Below are positions 48,775 through 57,634 of a stretch of DNA of 64,000 nucleotides, in pieces. The notes under the pieces are model-generated. The model saw only the letters and a list, made by a program, of their open reading frames with translations. It ran no database searches and was not told the origin of the DNA. The position numbers and the translations under genes are program-made. The stretch lies in NCBI GenBank assembly GCA_964464475.1, contig CAYXGG010000004.1, positions 4,940-68,939 on the forward strand, written 5' to 3'. This DNA comes from an uncultured Planctomycetales bacterium (lineage in GTDB: Bacteria > Omnitrophota > Gorgyraeia > Zapsychrales > JAHFFX01). Positions within the stretch are counted from its first letter, which is position 1, and each line of letters starts with the position of its first letter.

Positions 48775-50276
48775 GATTTTCGACTTTTGACCCTTTCAAA
48801 ATCAATATACCCGTGTTCCGGATCAAGCGAAACGAGTTTAACGAGACATTTCTGGCCGACATCCAAACCCGTTTCCGCGCTAATCACCCGCCCTTCCGCG
48901 GGAATCGATTCGAGCCGGACATAAACACCTTTGGCCGACGCACCGGTTACAATCGCTTCAAAAACTTCCCCAATCCGTTTTCTCAAAAGCATGGCCGCCG
49001 CAACTTTGCGCATAAACCGTTCCACTTTTCTTGCCGATGCGGAACGTTCCGTGCACCAATCAGCAATCGAAGCCAATTCCGTACGCGTATACGGAACCGG
49101 TTCTTTTTCAATCACGGATTTCATCAACCGCTGAATAATCACATCAACGTACCGACGATTAGGTGCGGTGGAATGAGTATAATCCTGAACGGCTAAACCA
49201 AAGTGACCGATCTTGCTTTTATCTGGCTCTGCCAACACATACTCGCCCTGCCCTAACAATTTGATGATGGTTAGAGAAAGGTCCGGAAAATGGTCCGGAT
49301 CTTTTTTACCCTGCGCCAACATGAATTCCGACAACGCCTTAGGGTCCGGATCCTCGGGCAACTGATATCCCAATTCCAAAGCAACGTCTCGAATTCGAGA
49401 CCAACGCTCAGGCACGCGCACAACACGCTGGATCATCGGAATTCCATTGCGTTCCAAAAACCAAACCATTGTGCCATTAGCGGCAATCATAAAATTCTCG
49501 ATCAGAATTCGCGCCGCGTTCTTAACTTTAACAACGAGATCCACCACCGATCCATCCTGCATGATTGGCGAAGCTTCAATCGTTTCCACTTCCAAAGCGC
49601 CTTGCGCCAAACGCCATTGACGCATGCGTTCCGCCGCCTCCGACTGCAACCGAAGCTGTTCCTCTAATCCTTGAATTTTAACTATTTTCTCCGGAACAGG
49701 ACCACGTTCTTCCAGCCATTCTCCGACCGACTCATAAACAAGTTTCGCCTTATTGTGCACCAAAGCGCGAAATACATCCGAACAGCGAACAGATCCATCT
49801 TTTAAAACAAAATATTCCATGACCACCGCCAGGCGATCCTCACCCTCCTTTAGAGACGTCAGCCCGGCGGACAAACGGTCCGGCAGCATGGGAAACACTT
49901 CCACGCCGGTATAAACAGAAGTCCCATTCTGATGCGCATGGCGGTCAGTCGCCGTACTTTTCTCAACGTAAGCATCAACATCGGCAATAGCAACCAAAAC
50001 CCTAATTTCCAAATTAGGCGCTCTTTCCACAAATTCAATCTGGTCCAAATCTTGAGAATCAATATTGTCGATAGAAGACCAGGGCAAGGCCCTTAAATCC
50101 AGCAACTGGGCGCTGCGCGTTTTGACCTCGAGATGATTGGCGGCAAAGCCATGAACCTCCCGGACCACCGCCTGAGAAAAAAGAGGTACAAATCCGTAGT
50201 TAGTCATGGCCTGCAACGCAATCGTGTGCAGATCAATAGAAGAATTTTTTTGTGGTGCTTCACGCATAGCAGTCAT
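48771..50276 (-). CDS. RNB-family 3'-5' exoribonuclease (RNase II/R-like) with C-terminal S1 domain
   Basis: RNB catalytic region and a C-terminal S1 fold (GEVFEAIVTGASAKGVYVRLE...). Confidence 0.7.
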   Translation of the reverse strand: MTAMREAPQKNSSIDLHTIALQAMTNYGFVPLFSQAVVREVHGFAANHLEVKTRSAQLLDLRALPWSSIDNIDSQDLDQIEFVERAPNLEIRVLVAIADVDAYVEKSTATDRHAHQNGTSVYTGVEVFPMLPDRLSAGLTSLKEGEDRLAVVMEYFVLKDGSVRCSDVFRALVHNKAKLVYESVGEWLEERGPVPEKIVKIQGLEEQLRLQSEAAERMRQWRLAQGALEVETIEASPIMQDGSVVDLVVKVKNAARILIENFMIAANGTMVWFLERNGIPMIQRVVRVPERWSRIRDVALELGYQLPEDPDPKALSEFMLAQGKKDPDHFPDLSLTIIKLLGQGEYVLAEPDKSKIGHFGLAVQDYTHSTAPNRRYVDVIIQRLMKSVIEKEPVPYTRTELASIADWCTERSASARKVERFMRKVAAAMLLRKRIGEVFEAIVTGASAKGVYVRLESIPAEGRVISAETGLDVGQKCLVKLVSLDPEHGYIDFERVKSRKS

Positions 50277-50524
50277 GATACAAAAAGATTTCGCAAGAAC
50301 TATTTAAGTCCCTCAATAAACAGGGAAACAACGCTTCATTATAGAAGAATTTCTCGTGCGAGGGCTGATTCCCTTAATTATTTTCTTTACACGCCTTTTC
50401 CTTACCAAAGATTGCAAGGAAGGCGGTACCTGCCCAAGGCAGGCCTTTTTTCTCTGGGGAAAAGGCAGTACCTGCCCGTCCGGCAGGCGGGTTGACTTCC
50501 TCAATATCATTAGAAGAGAAAAGG

Positions 50525-51154
50525 TCAATAAGAATAATTCATCCACAATCCGATCAAACCAACCGCTTTTTCAAACGCCAGACTAATCGGCATTTTCTCG
50601 CGCGACAGCGAAGGTTCAATGGCATCAAGCTTCAAACTGAATTCGTTCATAAAAGGCGCTTCGACTCCCGAGGCAACAATGTCTTGAGCTCGAGAACATG
50701 CCTGCGGGAAATTTTCTTTTAAAGGACGGCAAGTCATAAACTCCTCTCGTCCATATTTATTAAGTCGCGTGGAAAAACCGAACAAACGGCACAACATCGG
50801 CCGCAGCTCATACTGCGAACAGCGTCCCTTTCCAGAAACTTTCTCATCAGCAACATAAAACCGACAAACACTCTGTTGGTCCACCAAACCCTGATTTGGC
50901 CAATCAGTACCCTCGCGTAAATAATAATCAAACGCGAGTGGCAGCATTTCCAAAACCGTCGCCTCAATGTGCGGATTTTCGCAGCACTGACCGCAACCCG
51001 ATAAGCAGGACATACCAATCGCACCTTGAAAACGCTCCGAAACCTGGTTAACTTCCTTAAATAACCTGAGTACGGAAAAAATATTCCTGCGTCGCAGGCG
51101 AGGAATTCTTCTAAGTTCGCGTAACTGTGTGAATAGCAAAGTCGCCATAGTCAA
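50525..51154 (-). CDS. YkgJ/UPF0153-family Cys-cluster (putative Zn/Fe-chelating) protein
   Basis: CLSGCGQCCENP, a CxxCxxCC motif. Confidence 0.5.
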   Translation of the reverse strand: MTMATLLFTQLRELRRIPRLRRRNIFSVLRLFKEVNQVSERFQGAIGMSCLSGCGQCCENPHIEATVLEMLPLAFDYYLREGTDWPNQGLVDQQSVCRFYVADEKVSGKGRCSQYELRPMLCRLFGFSTRLNKYGREEFMTCRPLKENFPQACSRAQDIVASGVEAPFMNEFSLKLDAIEPSLSREKMPISLAFEKAVGLIGLWMNYSY

Positions 51155-51156
51155 TG

Positions 51157-52230
51157 CTACAAAGACTGTAAAATTGCCGTGGTGCCAAACTCCCGACGGT
51201 TACGCAAGAAGCGCAATTCGACTTTGTCGCCCTCTTTTTTCTTATCCTCCAGATAAGCGGTAAGATCATCATTATTCTTAACCGGTTTACCGTCAACTGC
51301 CGTAATGATATCTCCTAAAAATATTGCCCCAAATTGATTTCGACGCGTCCCGCGCAACCCGGCTCGTTCGGCCCCTGAGCCAGGAAGCACTTCTAATAAC
51401 AGCGCGCCTTCCAGTCCCAATCGTTTTCGAATATGATCCGGCACCAGCGCCCCACCCAAACCGATGCGCTTGACCTTACCATATTGGATTAACTGCGGCA
51501 CGACCCGCTTGACCACATTAACCGGAATCGCAAACCCGATTCCAGCCGAAGTACCCGTGGGGGAATAAATAGCCGTTGAGACGCCGATTAACTCTCCTGA
51601 AGAATCTAGCAGCGGCCCGCCGGAATTACCCGGATTGATAGCCGCATCACTCTGGATCACATCATGAATCTTACGTCCGGTCATGGATTTAATCGACCGA
51701 CCCAAAGCGCTGACCACCCCCGTCGTTAAGGAATAGTCCAACCCAAACGGATTACCTATGGAAATTACATTCTGTCCGACTTTGAGATCCTCCGAACTAC
51801 CAATCTTAACAGGCTTAATCAATTCGCGCGGAGCGTCAATTTTCAAGACAGCTAAGTCATGATCCGGAGAAAATCCCACAATCTGTGCGGGATAAGTTTT
51901 TTGATCAGCCAACGTGACCTCAATACGATCCGCTTGGTAGATCACGTGAAAATTGGTGACAATATGGCCTTGCTCATCCCAAAAAAATCCGGACCCGGCG
52001 CCTTGAGGCACTTCGTAGACTTCCGCCGAGAACCAGTCCCATTGCAAGGAAGCATTTTTAATAAAAGCGACGGACGGAGAAACTGTTTCAAACAACTGAA
52101 TCGTCTTTTTTTCTTCAGCTGACAACTCACCGGCGCAGGCAACACTGGAAGTCAATAAGCACAGCCCAAGCCCCACCATCCACATGAAAAACTTACATCG
52201 ACTATTTCTTTTTTGGAATTCTGATAACAA
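51157..52230 (-). CDS. Periplasmic HtrA/DegP-family serine protease (trypsin-like plus PDZ)
   Basis: Catalytic triad context (TNFHV, D, GNSGGPL) and a C-terminal PDZ domain. Confidence 0.85.
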   Translation of the reverse strand: MLSEFQKRNSRCKFFMWMVGLGLCLLTSSVACAGELSAEEKKTIQLFETVSPSVAFIKNASLQWDWFSAEVYEVPQGAGSGFFWDEQGHIVTNFHVIYQADRIEVTLADQKTYPAQIVGFSPDHDLAVLKIDAPRELIKPVKIGSSEDLKVGQNVISIGNPFGLDYSLTTGVVSALGRSIKSMTGRKIHDVIQSDAAINPGNSGGPLLDSSGELIGVSTAIYSPTGTSAGIGFAIPVNVVKRVVPQLIQYGKVKRIGLGGALVPDHIRKRLGLEGALLLEVLPGSGAERAGLRGTRRNQFGAIFLGDIITAVDGKPVKNNDDLTAYLEDKKKEGDKVELRFLRNRREFGTTAILQSL

Positions 52231-52858
52231 GGGTCTCTCCTTCCTGGGACGTTTTTACGGCTTTTGTGTCCGCGTCAAGGGGTAAAGGAATTGTTTTGTG
52301 AAATTTACCAAAGCTCCTGGAACTGTAATGACCATCAGGACTTTTCTCTTCTTCCTGGCTCGAATATTCCCCGCTCACGGACAGAGAATGTTCATTAATC
52401 TCGACGTCAACCTTATCTTTATTCAAACCCCGCAAATCCACCACCGCCTCATAGCCTTCCGGCGTTTCCTTCAAATCTACGGTAGCATCACCAAATACCT
52501 GAATTCCCCCTGAAGGAAGGGCAGGAAAAGCGGGCGCTCCCCGCAATGTTTCTCCGAAAACCTTATCCATTTCGCGACGCAATTTTTCCATTTCTGCAAA
52601 AGGATCACGACTATGCTTAAGCCGATCATAGGGACTAACCGGCCCTTGCGCTGCCTGTGCGGCCGCTTTTTCAGCTTCCAATTCCGCGACCCGATTCTTT
52701 AATTCTTCTACTTGTTTTTTTAATCGCTCAACCTCTTCTTCCGCTTGCAAAGAACAAGGCAAAGCCATCATCCCGGCCACCAGCAGAAAAACCAACCATA
52801 CTCCAATCTTTAAGTTTTTGTTCATAGGACCTCCTTTGATTATTGGACTCTTTCGCAA
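52202..52858 (-). CDS. Periplasmic Hsp20/alpha-crystallin family protein with N-terminal coiled coil
   Basis: Signal peptide; C-terminal alpha-crystallin domain (DLKETPEGYEAVVDLRGLNKDKVDVEINEHSLSVSGE...GETLVIRIPKK). Confidence 0.55.
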   Translation of the reverse strand: MRKSPIIKGGPMNKNLKIGVWLVFLLVAGMMALPCSLQAEEEVERLKKQVEELKNRVAELEAEKAAAQAAQGPVSPYDRLKHSRDPFAEMEKLRREMDKVFGETLRGAPAFPALPSGGIQVFGDATVDLKETPEGYEAVVDLRGLNKDKVDVEINEHSLSVSGEYSSQEEEKSPDGHYSSRSFGKFHKTIPLPLDADTKAVKTSQEGETLVIRIPKKK

Positions 52859-52883
52859 GAAAAAGACAATGTGAAAATCAACA

Positions 52884-54263
52884 CTAACCTAATACTTTTC
52901 GGTATGGCTTGATCGGCGCAACCTCACAGGTCCCACAAGCTTCTTTTTCTTCCATACATAAATACAAATAGACACCCGGAGCCCGCTGGCTTAGCCAATC
53001 TTTCATGTGGCCGTACATGGCCGTCCTGACCGCGAAAGGATAACGAAACTTTCCGTCATGACCAACGATGAATTCCTCGTCCAGCAGTCGCGTTTCCGGA
53101 AACCGATTCTCCATCATTTTCTTTAAAGCGGGTGTCATTCGCAACGTCCCCAAGCTAAGCCACGCCACGCGACGGGAATCAATACGATTAAAAATCTTCT
53201 CAACCAAATTCCGATACGCGGTTTCCCAACCAACAAAATATATCATCGGATCAAAATGAAAAGCGACCTTATATCCGGCGGCCACACAGCGCTCCGCCGC
53301 CGCCAAGCGTTCATCGAGCGACGCGGTAAAATGCTCCACGGTCGTAATAACCTCCGGAGGATTCATCGACCAAGAAACAATGATATTGTCTCCCGGAGAA
53401 ACTTTTAACAAATTGTCCACGTTATCGCTTTTAGTTTTGAACTCAAAACTGCTGCCCGGATGACCTTTAAAGAATTCAACAATCCGCGATGAAAATCCGG
53501 TGAGGTGATCAAAAATCAAAGAATCCGTAATTTCTCCCGAGCCCATACGGATATTCTCTTTGTAGCTGGCAAACTGTGTAAAAAAATCTTCCAAGTTAGC
53601 AGGTTGCAGAATGCCCGGCGAATTAAGATAGTCCTGCAAGTAACAATACGCGCAATCAAAGGCGCAACCGCTTCCCAAATTAACCACTTCATACCCGCAA
53701 TGCACGGATTTGTGCGAACAAGCGCACTTTTTATAAAAGTCATAATTCTCTCGCACAATAAAAAAATTATCCAAACGCGCATTGTAATCATGACCCGAAA
53801 AGCTCTGCTCACGGACATATTCTTTGTACGATGAGATGATCTCAAATTGAATAGCCGGAAATCGTTGCGGCAATTCTTGAACCCAAGGAATAGATTGGAC
53901 TGATTCTTCGACTAAAAATCTTTTAGGGAAAAATTTCATTTGCGGAAAGCGTGGCGTCAAGTTCACCCGCAACTCATCACGAATGTCCAGTTCTGGAAAA
54001 ACCTGTTGTCGTCGCTGCGCTTCCGACAAGGTAGGATACCGACGTTTCAGCAAATACGCTTTCAGCGCATCGAAATGCCCTGCGGTCTCCGGCGCTTCAG
54101 CCAACACTTTTCTCACTTCGCGTCCTTCACGCTTAGCGATTTCAAACACTAATCGCGAAACCTGATTGCGCTTATTCACGCCAAAATGCGGATACGCCGC
54201 CGTCACCAAATCAATAATCCTTTGTGCATCAACCATGAAAAAACTCCCGGCATTGATCTTCAA
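52884..54263 (-). CDS. Radical SAM protein of the spore-photoproduct-lyase (SPL/SplB) family with an N-terminal extension of about 190 aa
   Basis: CAFDCAYCY (CxxxCxxC) radical SAM cluster motif in an SPL-like context. Confidence 0.6.
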   Translation of the reverse strand: MKINAGSFFMVDAQRIIDLVTAAYPHFGVNKRNQVSRLVFEIAKREGREVRKVLAEAPETAGHFDALKAYLLKRRYPTLSEAQRRQQVFPELDIRDELRVNLTPRFPQMKFFPKRFLVEESVQSIPWVQELPQRFPAIQFEIISSYKEYVREQSFSGHDYNARLDNFFIVRENYDFYKKCACSHKSVHCGYEVVNLGSGCAFDCAYCYLQDYLNSPGILQPANLEDFFTQFASYKENIRMGSGEITDSLIFDHLTGFSSRIVEFFKGHPGSSFEFKTKSDNVDNLLKVSPGDNIIVSWSMNPPEVITTVEHFTASLDERLAAAERCVAAGYKVAFHFDPMIYFVGWETAYRNLVEKIFNRIDSRRVAWLSLGTLRMTPALKKMMENRFPETRLLDEEFIVGHDGKFRYPFAVRTAMYGHMKDWLSQRAPGVYLYLCMEEKEACGTCEVAPIKPYRKVLG

Positions 54264-55161
54264 TCCAGACCAATTCCTGATCCGTCAATTCCCACCGTAA
54301 AGATTCCAGATTATGCACCAGCTGAGCTGGTTTGCGACAGCCCACCAGAACACTGGTCACACCGGATTGCTGCCGCACCCAATTAATCGCGACTTGAGCC
54401 AGAGGACGATTTAAACTCTTTAACGCCCCCAGAAACGCCTGCACATTAGTAAACACGTCGCCAGCATAATGTGGATAAAAAAACTGCCGCACGTCTGAAC
54501 CGCTAAATTGCGGCACTTGAGCATATTTGCCGCTTAAAATCCCTCCGGCAAGCGCCCCATAAGCCAGAAATCCCTTCTTAGATTCCCGGGCATAGCCTAA
54601 TCTTTCTGATTGAGTTTTTCTTTCCAGTAGTGATAGTTGCTCTTGCTGAGTCACAATTTTCTCTTCGAGAGAAACTGAACGCAATAACTCCACCGAAAAA
54701 TTACAGACTCCAATATACCTAATCTTTCCCTCAACTTGCAAGTCTCTTAACGCCGCCAGGCTCTCCGCGAAAGGAGTCGCCGGATCAGGCCAATGACACT
54801 GATATAAATCAATATAATCCATCCGCAATCGCTTTAAACTAGCTTCTACTTCTTGCCGAATAGACTCTGGCTTTAAACTATGAATAACTCGCGGCCCGCG
54901 CAACACCAAGCCACATTTCGTAGCCACGATCCATTTGTCCCGTCGGCCTTGTAAAGCATAGCCAATGACTTCTTCCGCTTTACCAAATCCATACACCGGC
55001 GCCGTATCAATCAAATTAATACCTTGTTCCTGAGCGCAATGAATAGCCTGGATGCTGTCCTGGTCGTTGGCGCCCCCCCAAAACTTGCCGCCGAAAACCC
55101 AGCTACCCAGACCTATCGAAGAGACATCTAACTCTGTATTGGGAAGGGAGTTGTAATTCAC
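54229..55161 (-). CDS. Aldo/keto reductase
   Basis: AKR signature regions (LIDTAPVYG, IRYIGVCNF). Confidence 0.85.
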   Translation of the reverse strand: MNYNSLPNTELDVSSIGLGSWVFGGKFWGGANDQDSIQAIHCAQEQGINLIDTAPVYGFGKAEEVIGYALQGRRDKWIVATKCGLVLRGPRVIHSLKPESIRQEVEASLKRLRMDYIDLYQCHWPDPATPFAESLAALRDLQVEGKIRYIGVCNFSVELLRSVSLEEKIVTQQEQLSLLERKTQSERLGYARESKKGFLAYGALAGGILSGKYAQVPQFSGSDVRQFFYPHYAGDVFTNVQAFLGALKSLNRPLAQVAINWVRQQSGVTSVLVGCRKPAQLVHNLESLRWELTDQELVWIEDQCREFFHG

Positions 55162-55247
55162 TTTGCCTTAGAAAATGTTATACTGCTGGCTGTCAATTGC
55201 ATCCAAAAATCAAGGCATGATTTTAGCATAAGAACGAAAGAAACCCC

Positions 55248-55967
55248 ATGACCAACTTTACCCAGCTATTTGGTATCAAACCAACCCAATGTCAGAAAAC
55301 CTGCATACTTTTCCCTTTTTTGACCCGTACGATCAAAGACGTTTTGGGAGAAAGAAACTGGTATCACGGAAAACGTTTTTCCTGCGCGCAAATGGAATCC
55401 GCGACGATTATCCATACGCGTGTGGGAGCCGCGAATGTGGGAGACGCCGTGTTGTACCTGAAAGAAACTTCTGCGCGAAGAGTTATTTTAGCTGGAGCGT
55501 GTGGGGCCGTAAGCCGCTCAGCCGGATTCAAACTAGGAGATTTAGTGACTTTCTCTAAAGCCTATAATTTTGAAAGTTTCTCGCAGCTACTTTCTCCCAC
55601 CTTTAAAGGACTAAAGGCAGTCCCAGCGAATCTTACGATGTTGGCACAATTTGTAGAAAGCACCCGTTCCCATAAAGTCTCTGTTGTCACCGCCGCCACT
55701 TTTGGTTCTATTCTTTTAGAGGAAAATTACATCAACAGACTGCAACGATTAAGAATTACGGCTATCGACATGGAAGGGTCCGCTTTCTTTGCAGCGGCAA
55801 AACATAACAACATTGACGCGCTGGCGGTATGTTTTATTAGTGACATCCTTAAATATCGTCCGATTTTTTCATCACGCTCCGAAAAAGAAAGAATTCTTCT
55901 GAATAACGCACAGAAGAATTTAACGCTGACCCTACTGGATTTTACAAAAAATCTTTCTCCCCATTAA
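55248..55967 (+). CDS. Nucleoside phosphorylase family (PNP_UDP_1; MTA/SAH nucleosidase or futalosine hydrolase-like)
   Basis: GACGAV...G..LGDLV and IDMEG motifs of the PNP/MTAN fold. Confidence 0.55.
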   Translation: MTNFTQLFGIKPTQCQKTCILFPFLTRTIKDVLGERNWYHGKRFSCAQMESATIIHTRVGAANVGDAVLYLKETSARRVILAGACGAVSRSAGFKLGDLVTFSKAYNFESFSQLLSPTFKGLKAVPANLTMLAQFVESTRSHKVSVVTAATFGSILLEENYINRLQRLRITAIDMEGSAFFAAAKHNNIDALAVCFISDILKYRPIFSSRSEKERILLNNAQKNLTLTLLDFTKNLSPH

Positions 55968-57049
55968 TCATGGCTAACTGTCGTTGTGCCGACCATACCT
56001 AAGAATTCACCCCCTATAGAAAACCGCGGCACACCTAATTCAGAAACACGACGATATTCTCCATCGGAGCGTTTCAATCTAAATTCGGCTTCATAATTCT
56101 TTTTTCCTTGAATAGCATCCCGGTACGCCGCTAAACAAGACGACAAATCTTCGGTATGAACAGATTCGCTCCAACCATCTCCAAGCTCATGCAGCATTTT
56201 TCTTCCCGTAAAGTTCTGCCATCGATGATTAAAAAAGGACCGACCTCCATCCGGGTTAGACATCCAGATCATAATCGGAGCTGAATCCGCCAATATCCTG
56301 AATCGGGCCTGACTTTCTTTAAGCATTTCTAAATCCCGTTTGCGTTGCAGTTCAAACTGATAGGCAGACTTTCTTAATAAATAAACGCCAAATCCAACCC
56401 CGATAGAAACTAAAAGCGGTGGGATAACGGCTGAAAGTACTTTTCGTTGCAACTCAGCCAATTGCTGTTGGAACCGGCTAGCCAAGATATCAACGCTCGC
56501 AACACCGACTTGTTTGCCTTGAGCGTTATAAATCGGCACATGACCGCTGTAAAAAGTCCCCCATTTGTCCTGATAAGGTTGTCGAGAAACTACAGGACGA
56601 TTATCCTTTAGGGCCATCATCATATCCGGATCAACATCCGGATATATTTCCCAAAGATAAGAATGGTCATCAACTCCATCCTGATCGCTATCTCCGGGGA
56701 GGGCCGCGTCCAAAATAAAATAAGTAACGCCGTCTTTAATTGTGGTGGAATAAATATATTTCACATCAGGAATTGACAACAGCAGCTTCCTGAGAGGGGA
56801 AATTAAATCCTGGTAAGCAGGCGTTGCTTCCTGATCTGCGGAGACTAGCCGCTCATGGGCATCGCCATCGATTTGGCTGGCGACCCCATGAGCGATTCCG
56901 ATTAAATAGTTCTTAAATTGATAAACAAAAGCTTCGGTGACTTGCCGATAAAGCAAGAAAGTATTAAAACAAATCAACGCCACCAATAAGCTAGACAAGA
57001 CAAGTGCGTCGCGTAGAGGGTGTATTCGAAATTTGAGGTTTGAGCCCAT
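55964..57049 (-). CDS. Membrane sensor protein with periplasmic Cache-like domain and cytoplasmic PAS domain (no output domain)
   Basis: N-terminal TM, extracytoplasmic domain, second TM, then a PAS S-box (ILADSAPIMIWMSNPDGG...). Confidence 0.55.
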   Translation of the reverse strand: MGSNLKFRIHPLRDALVLSSLLVALICFNTFLLYRQVTEAFVYQFKNYLIGIAHGVASQIDGDAHERLVSADQEATPAYQDLISPLRKLLLSIPDVKYIYSTTIKDGVTYFILDAALPGDSDQDGVDDHSYLWEIYPDVDPDMMMALKDNRPVVSRQPYQDKWGTFYSGHVPIYNAQGKQVGVASVDILASRFQQQLAELQRKVLSAVIPPLLVSIGVGFGVYLLRKSAYQFELQRKRDLEMLKESQARFRILADSAPIMIWMSNPDGGRSFFNHRWQNFTGRKMLHELGDGWSESVHTEDLSSCLAAYRDAIQGKKNYEAEFRLKRSDGEYRRVSELGVPRFSIGGEFLGMVGTTTVSHD

Positions 57050-57202
57050 TATCGTACCTAGACGGTTTCAAAAATTAACAAAATACTGGCCAAAGACTTA
57101 AGCAATCAGCATCATCAAAATATTTCTATCTGCTTGACGACGATCTAGCGTAATGTCACTTTCAACATTCTGATCCTTCACCGGAAGAAAAAACTAATTC
57201 CT

Positions 57203-57634
57203 TTATTCACCGATATGATCTTTGATGCAATCAACTATCTCTTTGACAGTGACTGGCTTTGCTAGAAACGCTTCTCCGCCAATCAAACCGCCCCGTTGTT
57301 TAACTTCCTCCAAAGTCACCGTGGCGGTTAAAAAAACTATCGGGACCTTAGCAAGCGAAGGCTCCTCTCGAATTTGCCGCACTATCTCCGAAACATCTCC
57401 ATTGGGCATGATCACATCAAGAAAAATCATTTCCGGCTTAAACGCCTTCGCGACCCGAAATGCCTGCAAGGCGTTATTTTCAGTACAAACTTCAAACTTC
57501 TTGGTGGCTTCCAGGTTGATTTTATACATCCTGGTTAAACTCTCTTCGTCGTCCACCATGAGAATCTTTCTTCTTGGGTTTAATGAATCTTGGGATGTGT
57601 TCGCCTTAGGGTTTTGGAAAGGAAATGATGACAC
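57203..57634 (-). CDS. Single-domain response regulator (CheY-like receiver)
   Basis: ILMVDDE ... D ... KPV receiver signature; overlaps the 3' end of the upstream kinase gene. Confidence 0.8.
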   Translation of the reverse strand: MSSFPFQNPKANTSQDSLNPRRKILMVDDEESLTRMYKINLEATKKFEVCTENNALQAFRVAKAFKPEMIFLDVIMPNGDVSEIVRQIREEPSLAKVPIVFLTATVTLEEVKQRGGLIGGEAFLAKPVTVKEIVDCIKDHIGE

